From Marsupella aquatica (taxonomy: Eukaryota > Plantae > Marchantiophyta): a DNA stretch of 64,000 bases. A program made the position numbers and the translations under genes. The stretch lies in assembly GCA_973895155.1 (NCBI GenBank), contig OZ316893.1, positions 13,966,359 through 14,030,358 on the forward strand. The letters are read 5' to 3'. Under the pieces are notes generated by a model. That model was not told the DNA's origin. It did no database searches and was given only the letters and a program-made list of their open reading frames with translations. Of the stretch, positions 1 through 12,900 are shown piece after piece. How positions within the stretch are numbered: position 1 is the stretch's first letter; each line of letters starts with the position of its first letter.

Positions 1-419
1 CCCATAGTAGTTATGGTGTTTCTTACCTTTGCATTGTTACTCCCTTTTCAATAGTAGCCACAATTTTCCTTAAGTTACCTTGGTAAATTAATATTAGAGA
101 AGTTGAAACGCTTTTTGGGTTTCTTATGTTACCTTGGTAAATGTTAGTTAGTTGAAGAGTTTCTTTCTACTGGTCATTATTTAAAAAATGTATAAATTAG
201 ATAGAAAATTGAAACAAATTACCAGAAACACTGAAATATATCACAACTCATCCAAAGATTATTTTCTTTCACTCCATTTTACCCTTTTCTTTGTTAACTT
301 GAAATGCTACTTTTCAGTTTTCTATTGTTTTTACAATTACAGGGTCTTTAAGTGTATTTTTTTTGCCTTGTCTCAAATACAAATAGTCAAATTTGGTTGT
401 TCTTGCATACCTAACAGTT

Positions 420-960
420 ATTGTTTGTGACAAATCATGTTGATGTGGTTGCACATGCATCCAAGATTTTTGGAAGAAACTTCCCATGAGGGACAGTAAA
501 TAGCAGCATTTGCATCATTTATAATGGACATATCCATACACATATTCCTTGCAAAACCTTTGCAAAAGGATTGGGATAGCCAAGTAAAATTATGGCACAC
601 ACTCAGGTCAATTGTAAGCTGGGAGCTTCTGGAAGGATAGAAGCTCAAATTTCCTCAAGCACTACCCAAACCAATCCATATGTGGTCATTCCAAATAGTG
701 GTAATGATTCACTGGCAATGTACATCAAGTGTGAATTGCAAAGCACTATTGGACCAAACTTAACTTGGATACGTACCTGTTTCATGTACTCGGTTGGGTA
801 ACTAACAATACAAGTACTCTGATTACAATTTTCATCAAGAATGAATGAAAATCACTGCTGGCAAAATCTTGCTCAACAGGGTGCGATCTCAACTATGATC
901 TCAACATACTTGATGGCCAGACTCGTCTAATGCACCAAACTCTACATTCACCGTATGCCA
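420..960 (+). mobile_element. Possible heavily decayed 3' fragment of an L1-type LINE ORF2
   Basis: Across a frameshift, about 590-645 reads LWHTLRSIVSWEL-WKDRS, which resembles the W-x-L-W-K-x-R-N motif at the end of plant L1 ORF2. No other diagnostic motif; boundaries approximate. Confidence 0.25.
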
Positions 961-2966
961 TTGGCCCTCATAGGAGCCCTCTACTCTACTCTTATTACAT
1001 TGAACTACTGTTTTAGCCACCCCTCAACTACAAGTGTAAAACCTCGTTACAGAATTTAAGGGAGTTGTTTCTCCGGTAGCATATGATTTCTTTTTGTTTC
1101 AAAAGACCCCAAAAGACATGTATAATTAACCATACTGATTTCACCTTGCATTTGCATTTACAACAGATATCAGAGTTCCGGTTGATCATAAGTAAGCTTT
1201 CAGCTGTTCACTGCCTGGTTCAAGAAATTAAGTGTGGGTTTACGGTAAATTTCTTCATAGTTTTCAGTGTACTGGGTTCCAGTTCTACAATGGAGGGTTG
1301 CACCGTATAAGAAGTGTCAACCAGAATATATGACACAAAAAGTATCAAAGGGGGTCCACTCTGCATCAGAAGTTTCATATCTGCCAATCATGCCAGATTT
1401 TCCAGCCAGGAGGTTAATCAAGCTAATGCCTCATTGAAATGATGGTTCTCATGATGGTCCCAAAACATATTTTACAACCATTTGTTACAAACCATATTGT
1501 TTACCTTATTGTGATCTTGTAAGTTTGGTCACGGGCCTAATTATTTAATTTGCTCATGAACCCCATGGCAATTCGGTAGGTTAAATTGAGGGGAGATTGA
1601 ACCATGAACCCACCAGTCATGAACCCACCAGCTGGAACGTTATAGAACCTGAGCAGCGAGCACTCCTACAGTGGTCATAATTATGCTTTGTTTGGGTAAG
1701 TACAGTTAGTAGGTTAGCCTTTTACATAGTTGACTAAGCACATATCTTGGCGCTGGGCTCAATGGCTCTTTGGCTCTTTGGTACCTCGAACTTTGATCCA
1801 CTTAGGGCCCACCTAAGTAGTCCACCCCAAGTATCGTGCTTTCTGAATGGATTACATAAACATATGATTATAACTCAATTTTCCTTGAAAGCAACTCAAC
1901 CATGTCTTGAACCAGGTCCAGCAGAGGCTCAAAATAGTCCGACCGTATGTTGGGCATGCAGGCATGCCAGTTACAATTGAGATGTAGTTCGGTGAGTTAC
2001 CACAATTAGCCAAACTGAGCCAGGTTAAATCGTCCCAACAAACTCACCAATTCTCTCTGCATTCAGAGGTGAAGGCGAGCAAGTGAGCTAAACCTGGTGC
2101 TGTTACAATTCTTTAAAATATTTTGTTCATTTAATTATATTGTTGGAATCCAAAGCTATTCTTTGGGGCCATGGGCTAGAGTGAAGCATTTAGACTGTGA
2201 CTCCATGGGCGTAGAAGTTGGGGCAGAAAACAGATTGGCATAGCAATTGGGGGTGCAAATGGAAACAAATATTAAGGAGAGCAAAGGTGATTCACAGGGC
2301 TTGAATGTCTTCGATCACCTCTATTTACATTTAAAAAATGGGTACTCAGGCTAGTATCATTGAAAACAAGTACACAAACCAATGAATGATGCCAATATAT
2401 ACCTTTTGCTTGACATTAAGCTGTACTACAAGGGCATACGTCTCGAAGCAAGATTTAACAGACAAACAACACATACATAATGTGTTTACTCACATTCCTA
2501 TGCCAAAGATCAAATGTTTTTTCTTCTCAAGCATTAGTATTTGAACCTCACATTCTTTCTATGGTCATGGCTGGGAGCAGGGTTCTCGCCATGTGTTTCA
2601 TGTGTGCTACCTTTATTCATATGATCCCTCCCCAGTTACTAGCATTGCTCTGTGTATATGTCACCAATATTTGGCTCTGGAGTGAATCTAGTAATCTTCT
2701 TCGTTCCCTTTCAGAACAAGATTTTTGTTATTTGCAAGCGGAACGCAGTGTACTTGAGGACATACAGGTTACCCCAACCCTTTCTGGGCTACGGTAGTAT
2801 AAATTGAAAGACGAGCCTAGGCAGTTTGGGTGAAACACTGACGCATACCATACTATGGCTGTCAAGGCTATTCGAGTAGACACAGAAGTAATTGAATAAT
2901 TTTTGCAGGAGAGCAACTGACAGAAATAGTTGTCCGCGTAAGCGTTCACTTTATGGTCAATTCGGG

Positions 2967-3024
2967 AACCCAGGCCCGTGGACCAATGTGGTCACAACCC
3001 AGGCCCGTGGACCAATGTGGTCAC
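2967..3024. repeat. Perfect 29-bp tandem duplication
   Basis: AACCCAGGCCCGTGGACCAATGTGGTCAC x2. Confidence 0.9.
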
Positions 3025-4058
3025 AATAGGGTGAATTAATACTAATCAATTAATACTAATCTAGAGTTCATACCGTTTTGAAAATTCTTTCCGAAAATAG
3101 GTTATGATAACATTTTCTGTTCAGCCAATCTCTGGGATTCGTAGGAAACCTTCGTAGACTGATATTTAGATTGTGTGTCAGTGTAATGGCCGACACGTAA
3201 TACCAGCCTCTCTCGTCCGGGAGAGAGCAGTTGAGGGTATTAATGCCACAAACTAATCATCTAAGTCTATGTCCTATTTTAAGCGCATTTCTACTGGGCT
3301 AAGATTTTCACCAAATTCTAATACCAAAGTGGGGCTCCTCTTCCTCCCCAGCTTCGAGAACTAGTCCAATTCCGAATCTCCTGAAGTGGAAATATTCAAC
3401 TCCACCGATTCGTGTGAGGAAGGCAAGACTCCTTGTCTGCACTACAACTTCAGTAAGTCGGCTCTGTACAGCCTTCACGTTCTATCGGATCGTTGGACAC
3501 GACACCTTCGTCCAGGTAAATCTTCTCGGAGCAAAAACCTAGGTATGGATTCTATAAATGTGATACGAGACCTACCTATCCTATCTATCCCTCAGACAGT
3601 CGGGGCTGAGCTCCGTAAGTTCTCAATCCTCCAATTGCCGTTTCAGTACGAACCGTCCAGCAATACCACCATCATACCCTCACGCTGCTATATGTTTGTT
3701 GAGGCCCTGTCGTCATCTTGCGTCGACAACAAACACTATCGACCATAATTGCATAATTGCAGATCTTCTCGAAGAATCGGTTTGAGACCGGAATTGCACC
3801 ATGTGGTTTTCCTGACGCTTGAATCGATCCCCTCTTTCCTTGAAATTGACCGATGCAGATAATGGTCTCCACAGTATTCTCAGGTATATACACATTCGGA
3901 GCTCCATCTTTTTCCTGGAGCTGGTTCTGAACTAATGTTGTCGTCTGGGAGCTAATTAATATATATACAAAATTACAAAGTGACTTAATATGCATGCCGT
4001 AGAGTGAAGGGAAACTCGACAAGCTGGAAGTAGAGAATAGATAAGTGAGCGCAAAATT

Positions 4059-5807
4059 TTAAGCCCCTCTTTCCTGAGCTTTTAATAAGGTCTCCTGGCC
4101 CCCAAACATTAAGAGGGTCTCCACGGAACTCTTGAGCGTAACCCTCACGAGGGAAGCGAGTTCCCAATCACTCCACAGCAATGTCCTCCGATTGGTGCTC
4201 AAATTGGAATTCGAAACGAGGGGATCGCGGACTTTCTCACAGTTGAACCGGCCCCGGGGAGCTACTAAACCGCGATAATGATTCATGCGCGCAACATTGG
4301 TGGGAAGTACCACGCCTTTGACAGGATCGGCAATGGCGTGAATTCGCCCAGCATTGACCTTGCGAGGATTCGCCATCCACTTCCTTGCTCCCCTATTTCC
4401 GTCGCACAATTCTCCGCAGATTGGCTTTCCCTCCCTGTACAACATCCTCTCCACAGCCCACTCCGTAATGGAATTGTTGGGAGCACAGTGGCTGAGCGAA
4501 AAGTCTATCTTCCCAAACGAGATCCATGGGGCGTCCCGATGCTGCTCGAGAAGAGCGGGGAGTGTAAACGGAGGACGTACGAGTAAATACTCGTCCATGT
4601 CCCACGAGAGCACCCATTTGGCGAGGTCCCTCGTTCTGTACAGACAATCGTTGATGGCGAGGTCCTGGCTGTGGTACCAGGTATCGTACTCAGACTCCTT
4701 TCTGAAGTTCACTACGGTTAAGGTCCCGGCGTCGATCAATGGCTGAAAAACCGCCATGGTGCCGGGATCGATTCCTTGACTATCATAGATGAAGAAGTGG
4801 ACGGTTCCGTTGAGGAGAGCGTAGTGGTACATGAGAAACTGCTTCACGTGATTGGGGGTGAGAGTTGTGAACACGGGGGCGGAGCAGTACGCGAATTCAT
4901 ACTGGAACTGACGTGAAGGTTCGTACGTGGACGCATCGAGTGTCTCGGGCCTCTCGCGGTATACCGGGGCTAGCTCCGTGGGAGCTGCAAACTCTCCGGA
5001 ATCATAACCGTGAGTGACATTCAAATAAAGAAATCCCCCACGCAAGTCCGTTCCCACAGGCTCAGGAAACGTGCAGTGTATGAGCATGACGTCGTAGCTC
5101 GCCCCATGAGTCTCTCCTACCCACCAGAATTTAGTCGTCCCGTTGCTGACTACCATCCGTCCCGTTTCGTTCATTTCTCGCTCGGAACCAAAGAAAGGAG
5201 CTCCGGCATTGCCATCTTCGAGCCATGTGCAGGTACGCTTCACAGCGGGGTCTTTGGGTGGCAAGGTACTATAATCAGGATTCGAGGTGGGCAACGTGAA
5301 GTCGGGACTCAAAGTAATCACAGTGAAATCTCGTAGAGAAGTTCGATATGCGCTGCAGACGACAAGACGCTTGACTACTCGTTTCACGCCGTAATCGAAA
5401 TTTAGCAGCCCCCAATCCTTCTCTTGACCCGGTGCTGATACGGCGGAACGGCTACTGAGACCACGCACCAGCTCAACCAGCAGTGCACGCGTCGAGGAGT
5501 CGAGTCCTGCGAGCTCATCGCTCTCCTCTTCTTGGTACCTTACCAGACCACCGCTTTCGATTTTCTCCAATAAGAACTGCGCTATAGATTTGTTGGGAGG
5601 AGTTTCTCTATTTTTACTACCATGAGAAGGAGCCAAGAGAGAAGACTCTTGATTGTTGATGACCACGCTAGCCTCCACCATCCATGGGTTACCCTGATCA
5701 GCTGAGCTGCAAATGAGTTCCCCACCAGGAATCCCTTCGTAAACCAGGAACAGAGCGATAAGCCCCAAGCCCGCACACAAGAACGCGGGTGCAATTCTTA
5801 GTTCCAT
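4059..5807 (-). CDS. Glycosyltransferase family 92 (DUF23), galactan beta-1,4-galactosyltransferase GALS-like; single exon, type II membrane protein, 582 aa
   Basis: Uninterrupted ORF starting at ATG, with an N-terminal hydrophobic anchor (FLCAGLGLIALFLVY). GT92 blocks YEFAYCSAPVF...VKQFLMYH...HFFIYDSQG and YHSQDLAINDCLYR...AKWVLSWDMDEY (DxD), plus a C-terminal RKW...IH...NHY match my recollection of plant GALS proteins. Confidence 0.88.
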   Translation of the reverse strand: MELRIAPAFLCAGLGLIALFLVYEGIPGGELICSSADQGNPWMVEASVVINNQESSLLAPSHGSKNRETPPNKSIAQFLLEKIESGGLVRYQEEESDELAGLDSSTRALLVELVRGLSSRSAVSAPGQEKDWGLLNFDYGVKRVVKRLVVCSAYRTSLRDFTVITLSPDFTLPTSNPDYSTLPPKDPAVKRTCTWLEDGNAGAPFFGSEREMNETGRMVVSNGTTKFWWVGETHGASYDVMLIHCTFPEPVGTDLRGGFLYLNVTHGYDSGEFAAPTELAPVYRERPETLDASTYEPSRQFQYEFAYCSAPVFTTLTPNHVKQFLMYHYALLNGTVHFFIYDSQGIDPGTMAVFQPLIDAGTLTVVNFRKESEYDTWYHSQDLAINDCLYRTRDLAKWVLSWDMDEYLLVRPPFTLPALLEQHRDAPWISFGKIDFSLSHCAPNNSITEWAVERMLYREGKPICGELCDGNRGARKWMANPRKVNAGRIHAIADPVKGVVLPTNVARMNHYRGLVAPRGRFNCEKVRDPLVSNSNLSTNRRTLLWSDWELASLVRVTLKSSVETLLMFGGQETLLKAQERGA

Positions 5808-6375
5808 GTTCGATCCCCTGTCTCTTCCCCTTACCGTCGTCTGGATTACTTGCTCGATCGCCTATAGATTCAGTACACTGCTGTCAGACTCCAGTCCCGT
5901 CGACTATTAGTGCTGCTACTTCTCGAAAGGAACTCCACCTTCTTAAAGCGAAGCCAGTACCATTAACTAGATTACTGGCTGCATGATCAAGTCCATTGAG
6001 CTAGTCGGTAAACAAACACGCATATTTGTCGTGGCAAAAAGCAACGAGTCAAACGCTCATCTCGTTGTCATGCAAGTACAGCATATAACTCTACTAATGT
6101 GGTCATGTGCTCGTCAAAGAATCCCGAACAAAGCAAGCGACTGAACGAGCGAGCGACAGAATGATTCAGGCCCCGTCAAGAGACACGCACCTCACCCAGT
6201 CCAGTTTCCCCAAGTCATCCAATACTGCCGCAGCTGGGAAGCTTCAAGGAAATCCAATCAAGGCGTGGCTGTCAAGCGATGGATGGGTGGCTGGGGTCGA
6301 ACCAGAGTGCCGGAGACATATACATCACGATATAAAGTCACTCCCTCATTTTGCCTGTCGATACATCTGAACGGC

Positions 6376-6523
6376 GCAATACTGCCGTGGTATTATCAGC
6401 ACCGCACTGAGGTAGCATAGAATCCTTCGAAGTACAGCACTCAGAAGGAAAAGTCATGTATTTGAAAGGAGCAATACTGCCGTGATGATCAGCACCGCAC
6501 TTGGGAATCACAGAATCCTTGAA
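6376..6523. repeat. Diverged direct repeat pair (~55 bp) upstream of the GT92 gene
   Basis: GCAATACTGCCGTG...ATCAGCACCGCACT...AGAATCCTT at 6376 and 6471. Confidence 0.75.
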
Positions 6524-7587
6524 AGGATGCTGACTTAGAAGAGAGAAGAGAGCCTGGGCTCCTGCTAGCAGCTGGGGGCGGCGCAGCTGGGCCGTGTGAG
6601 AAGTTGCCTACTTGTCATATAAACACGTTTGTACGCTAGCTAAGGTAATACAATCATACAGCGAACAAAATGAACAGCTTCTAGACACCGCGAAGATAGC
6701 GAACAGTGGGCCAGCCAGCCAATGATCATTCTAGCTAGCATACTCGTGTGCAGTATCCCCGAGGTCCGCTCCAGCCTCTACGGTGCACTTTTGCTGTGTG
6801 ATGCCTCAACTGCTGTAGACTGACTGTCTCATCACGAACTGGAAGAGCTACATGTCAAGGGCTACAAGCAACCAACGACGAGGTGCTCGAGAACACAGTC
6901 AGGATTCTTTTCTGAAACCTGCCTGCTCCAGGCAACATCTCGAAAAAGCATCCGACAGGCCCGGATCGAGGAGAAGCTCCACGCCTGGCTGGCGACAATC
7001 CTTGTGCATTTCTTGCCTCGAATCACCGAATTTATGCGTCGCCTGCTCAACCGTTCAGTGCTCAGCGCATACGGGGTTGTTTGCCATGTCGGCGGGCTGT
7101 ACCACAGTACCAGTCTGCACTTCTGTACTCATCAGCCTTTGGGAGGAGCTCGAGTTATAGTTTTGTCTTTTCTTCTTGTTATCTATTATTTTATTTGGGG
7201 GGACACACGTTTGGTCGTTGAAGAAACGTATTTTTTAAGGCAAAAACAAAGATAGTCGCATGATGGACCCCGACATGAAAAGTGCTACGTGATGGGACCC
7301 GTGTGTTTAAGGTCTATCAACTCATTGGATCACTCAGGGTCCTTAAAAGTAACACTTGTTGGCTGAACTATGTTCAGCTATGTGATGGGGGCCCAAAAAA
7401 TGCACCCAAGATACTTTTGTCAAAATATATACGGACTGCAATACTAGGTTTCTATACAATTTCCCTTGTTTTAAAGAAACCAAACAAAATCCCTGTATGT
7501 TATATAGTATTTGTATTCAAGCAAGATCATAATGGCTTAAGTAAGCAAAGGAAAGAGATGAGGGGGACATTTAATGATTTTGTCTTT

Positions 7588-7723
7588 TGTGTTTACTGCA
7601 TTCATTTGTTCATTTTCACTTTGTTCAGCCTAATGTGACCAAACCCCCTTTGGTCTGTGTTTACTTCATTCATTTGTTCATTTTCACTTTGTTGAGCCTA
7701 ATGTGACCAAACCCCCTTTGGTC
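7588..7723. repeat. 68-bp tandem duplication
   Basis: TGTGTTTACT(G/T)CATTCATTTGTTCATTTTCACTTTGTT(C/G)AGCCTAATGTGACCAAACCCCCTTTGGTC x2, two mismatches. Confidence 0.9.
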
Positions 7724-8896
7724 ACGGGCCTGGTCATTTTGGGGATCAAACCATCATACACCTTGGAAAAGCAAGGAATTCGAGTCCAGGGGCAGCACTG
7801 TTAAATCAACTGAAGCCGGGCTTTTGCTTATATTTCCAGGCGGACCCGCCTCATTGCAGTATTTCGCATGCCTTGGTCCAGAGCAAGCTGCCACGTATAG
7901 TGTACTGTAGAGTACTTCGTACTGCTATACTTTTCAATTCTGATCACTCAATACAGTATTTTATTTTTAATTCCAAGTACTCGAAAGTAATAAAAACAGT
8001 TGAAGTGCAAGGACGATGGTAAGTGCACAGCAATAAGCGGTAGCCTATAAGGTGTATTGTGACATGATAATTGCACATCAAAAGCAGCAGCATAGTATGT
8101 GTTAGGTGGCATTGTCCACAATTGATGGATTTCTCATACCTTTATAATCCCTACTGTTCTTTGATCATTGAGTGTTGTTTGGTCTACTTATCCAGCTATT
8201 GCTTTTTGTATGCAGTTACTCCCATGGATTGTGACAATAGTTTTCTTACGTTACACTTGTTGCCCCATGAAACCAGCTAAAAATTGGATGAGAGTTATTC
8301 AGTTGGCTAACCCCTGATAACCCTCAAGAAAGGGGTGTATTAGTTTGCGTCTAGATTCACCTTGCAGCACTGTGGATGAATACAAAATAATTAATTGTGT
8401 CAAAAACAGAGTAATCACATGTGGGTTCTGTGCTACAAAAACAAGTTTGGTGAGGCAAACTTATGCACTAATTTCTTTGTGGGTTGCAAGAAATCAGGAG
8501 TCTCTTATGTAGTTGCAGCGTGATAGCAGCTTACTACATACTCTCCCAAAACATGCTGCCCGTACTTTCCTTACTGAGTCATGAAAATCATCTGGCCTCT
8601 TAAATAGAACCTATACATCGCCCCATCATAATCAGTCTTCAAAATTCTGGTCATCCATGACAGTAGAAAAAACTCACATTCACACAGTCATACATAGTGA
8701 CTAATTTGGAGATTCTGGTTGGGTGTCTCACAACCAAAACAGGGAAGCATACAATCAATTATGAACACGGAAGTACAGTGGCATTGGCTAGGTATGAGTT
8801 AGGGCAGATGACCTAAATGCCCTCGCCTAACAGGTAATTTTCTAGCAACACCATACTAAGAAAAACCTTAAATATACACAATCTCACCACCAAATT

Positions 8897-9056
8897 TAGT
8901 CCCGTGCTAGCCAAAACTTGGTTACAAATACCTTAATAGTCCCGTGCTAGTCAAAACTTGGTTTCAAATACCTTAATAGTCCCATGCTAGCCAACACTTG
9001 GTTTCAAATACCTTAATACTCCCATGCTAGCCAACACTTGGTTTCAAATACCTTAA
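8897..9056. repeat. Minisatellite, 4 x 40 bp
   Basis: TAGTCCCGTGCTAGCCAAAACTTGGTTACAAATACCTTAA x4 with a few substitutions and no spacers. Confidence 0.95.
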
Positions 9057-9819
9057 TTTTTCTGTGATTTTTTTCCCAGAAAACCAGCTTTTGGATTCCT
9101 TTTATGGCTAGCAAACTTGCTGACCTTTGGAGTCCTAAAAATATAATATTGCTGGCCTCGAGAGTCCTACAAATATAATAGAATTCACCCTTGTGCGAAC
9201 ACCCATCAATGCGTTTGTCTCTTAGAAACTGAGATTATAATAAGAAATAGGCGGAGGCTTGTGACTAGCTGACTAATTAAGAGGTGCCCCAGAGACTCGA
9301 TAAATTCACAGTGAATTGGTGGGCAGTTGTGACTAGCTAGCAATCGTTACCCTTCCTCGCTGGATCATGGCAAAAAATCTTGTTTGCGCGCATCTTACAA
9401 ACCCCTTGCAATGTAACGTTTAATTAAGCTTGGGACGTTGAGGTAATGGGATGCCTTGTGGTGCAAGATGACGAAAGGTACTAGCTGTTCTACGCTAGTG
9501 CGCTGGATCCTCAAACAAACTGTACTCTGCCGCTCCCGATGATCTTCTCCATGCAAGATTGCTCAGATGTAGTTTTGACAGAATTATAATAGCTTTTCTT
9601 GGTTGCAGCGAATCTTTACAACGATCACAGCTTCATCGGCAGCTGGGCGGGGCAACTGTGATTTGCAGGCTCAGTCTGTTCCCGAGTCTGTTATCTACAG
9701 TAAAGGACAGTCCTTGGGGTGGGCATGACTCTGGAATTTGTACACAATCAGACGTGACTGTGAGGCTGTGGGCAACGCCCAGAGCAATGGCTCGAGAGGA
9801 ATGCACCGCTCTCAGGTAC

Positions 9820-9960
9820 CTTCAATTCAAAACAGCTGATGTCCGTGGAGGTCTCAACCAGTGTAACTTCAGTTCAAAAAACAGCTGATGGCCGTGGAGG
9901 TCTCAACCATTGTAACTTCAGTTCAAAAACAGCTGATGTCCGTGGAGGTCTCAACCAGTG
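9820..9960. repeat. Minisatellite, about 3 x 49 bp
   Basis: CTTCA(A/G)TTCAAAA(n)CAGCTGATG(T/G)CCGTGGAGGTCTCAACCA(G/T)TG repeated three times. Confidence 0.92.
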
Positions 9961-12900
9961 ACGTTTACTAAAGAACAGTGACGTCGACAAGGTGCCTTTT
10001 TGGCATTGAACATCTCCCCTTCATTCCGTATAAACCTGAACAGTCCACACAGTGAGAGAAGGTAGCTCACAGCTCACAGGGTAGACAAAGCCCGAGTTGA
10101 GCGGCCAGGACGTCGAATCCCTTGATCGATTGCCAGCCAGGACATGTAGCTCGTCACTGGTCGGCGGTCGACGACCTCACTGATGGTCACTCTCCCCCGC
10201 CCGGGTCATACCTGGTTTGAGGGCATGCGTCATATTAACATTGAGACGGCCTGCACTCAATCACGTCGTATGAACTGAGTGCTTAGTGCTGTTGCCTTCT
10301 GTCAACTCTGCTGTCCAGACCATGCAGCAGATCCTCCACTAGAGCATTTCGAGCTATGAAAAACTGGAAGCATACAACCAGGGAGAGTTTTGTAGGTTTT
10401 CCAGTTCGAATTTGCTGTTCTAAAATCATGCTCAGGACACGAGAACAGGACTGACTCTTTGTATACTTTGGGTTTTCCAGTTCGAATTCTCTATTCTAAA
10501 ATCTTACAATTCAATATGATTACATGGACATGACGGACTCAATGTGTACGCCTGACCAGCAACTGCACGTAAAAAACCTACTGTATCGTGCGAAGTGGGC
10601 CCACCGGTTGAATGGATTCTCCGTGATTGTGTGCTCCTGACCAGTGATTTCATGTGTGCTCCTGATTATTCTTTTATATCATTGAGATTAAAAAATTAGT
10701 ATGCTACTGTAAGTAGCAGGATGGCATCATTTGTGGCATGCAAATACGCGGACACAAATCATTGGGAAAACTCAAAAACGCAAATTGACTTGAATAGGAC
10801 TACGGTAGGATTTCATGCTTAGACGTGATTCGTAGAAATGCTCTAGTGCCTCTCCATTCAAGACTGCTCGATCCATGTGGCTGTTCGGAAATAAAATCAT
10901 TGTTTTCTCCCTTCCTACTACAACTGTCTTGGAAATAAAATCATTGTTTTCTCGGTCGTATACGAGCAGGGGACTTTATCAGGTGGCCTTTATCTTATTC
11001 CTAGTAAGGGAATTCAGAAGTGTGATATGGGTATGTTTCATTGAGAATTGACGATACTTTATACATGGCAGCCCCTTGGTAGTCAAGTCAAACTAGAACA
11101 ACCAATTCTCTCATGCCTAATAGTCAGCGATGTTGAACGCCTATGGTAGCCCCTTGGTTGGTCAAGTCAAACTAGAATTCTCTCATGTCTACTAGAGATG
11201 CTGGATGCCTATTCAGCCCAATAACGTGTCAATTTTTACACGTCTAATAGAGATGGTGTATGCTAGCTTCAACTTTTTCACCAACTTCATGGTCTAATGT
11301 AGCCGACTAACTGGGCCAGTGAACTATTTCTAACAAGCCGTAACTTTCTGGGTATTATTGAATAAACTACATGATACAGGATTTGCTTTCCCCTTGTCTG
11401 GACTTTTGGGTGGAATGCGAATTCATTCAGTATTCCCAGCTTGAGCATCTCCAATGGCAGCACCTGATATTACTTATTGATATAGACTATATCTGTTAAT
11501 TACAGCGAGGGATAGTGTGTAAGTTGCTGTTTGGGGCCAGGGCTCTCTACTCCAACCCCCCCCCCCCCTTCCGGGTCTTGCACAACCCGGCCCAATGATG
11601 ATCTGATATTTCTTGGCTATACATGTCACTCTTTTATCATGTGGGCTGGTTGACTGTGTGTTTTTACCAAAGGGTGTCTTATACCTTTTCCCTCTATTAT
11701 AAAATAACATTCAGGGTTTCCCTCTCCTTTTCAGGACTGCTGACAAGATTTGGCTTTTCTAATTTAAATTGCTTTCTCAGATTGTATGTTTCCATTTGAT
11801 AACCAGGACCAGGTAGGAGGACAGCTGCGTCAACATCCATAGCTGAAAGCGATGTTTCACCCTTTGAAATTATGGGCATGTTGCCATCCCAATTGCCATG
11901 AGACCCACAAGTCTTAATCGGTCTCCGAAATGCAACTCTGGCTTCAATGGTTCACTAGGTGCACTTGCTGTTCACGTGGTTTCTTTTTGCTTCTGGACAA
12001 TCAAATTTTATTCCATTCAACTGTGGACATGTGTCTCTCTCCTGAAGCTGATACTTGGATGGTCCACAATGTCTGATCTCAGGAATGGGGTGGACCAAGC
12101 AAATTTTGACACTTCAAACGAGAAAACATTATACAAAGAAATGTGCTCTATGAGTGCAGAATAAAGCTTCACCTAAGGATAGTGAAGCTTAGTTAATAAG
12201 GCCTAAGAGATTTACCATTATTTACTCCTCTTACTAAAAGTAAAGAGAAGTCTCATACTGCCCCAATCTAAATTGTACTGTGCATTCGTCTCCATAAAGG
12301 CATCTAAATTCCTTAGAGAGAAATCTTGCATTAACGAATCACATCGGCTGCTATCATGGGGCTGCAACATTCTTTTTAATTTTAAATTCCACTCAAATAA
12401 GATTTAACACCGACCATAATCATATCCGTAATGCTCGGCGCGCTGTTCACGTGCTATCACCAGAGTAATGATGCCTTAATAGTGTTGATATATAATATTG
12501 ATAACGTTCTCGAGTCCTTGAATGAATTTTTGCACTGAGCTGAGTCCAGAGTACCAGGCTGGAGAATGAGAGCATGTTTACGAGAAGTCTGTGCAGCGCA
12601 ATTGTGCCATTGATGAATTCCACCGCTCTGTGAGACGCCAAAGCGAGCGAATGAAGACGGGATAGAATATTTGTTTCCCAGAAATTTAAGGCTTGATGTC
12701 CAGTTTGAGGCCACAGGCCAAAGTTCGATGTCTATCATCCCCCATCTGTTGTCCTCTGGTAATGTATCCGCTCAGGAGGCCGTTCCGAGGCTATGAACTC
12801 ACACTTTGTTCTCCTTGTGTTCAAATTCAGAGATTCTCTATTTGAGCTGAAGTGGTGCACTGATCGACGCCTTTGGAAACCCAGTGTCTGATGCTTCAGT

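Noticed and set aside
4278-5986. Short ORFs overlapping the GT92 gene on either strand
   Set aside because: Shadow ORFs of a GC-rich coding region with no motifs.
2971-7732. Pack-hAT carrying the whole GT92 gene, bounded by CAGGCCCGTGGACCAA (2971 and 3000) and TTGGTCACGGGCCTG (7718-7732)
   Set aside because: No matching 8-bp TSD (CGGGAACC or TCACAACC versus GTCATTTT), and a third unpaired end at 1524-1539 suggests these are ends of separate small elements.
8897-9056. CRISPR-like array
   Set aside because: Units are contiguous with no unique spacers, no cas genes are present, and the context is eukaryotic.
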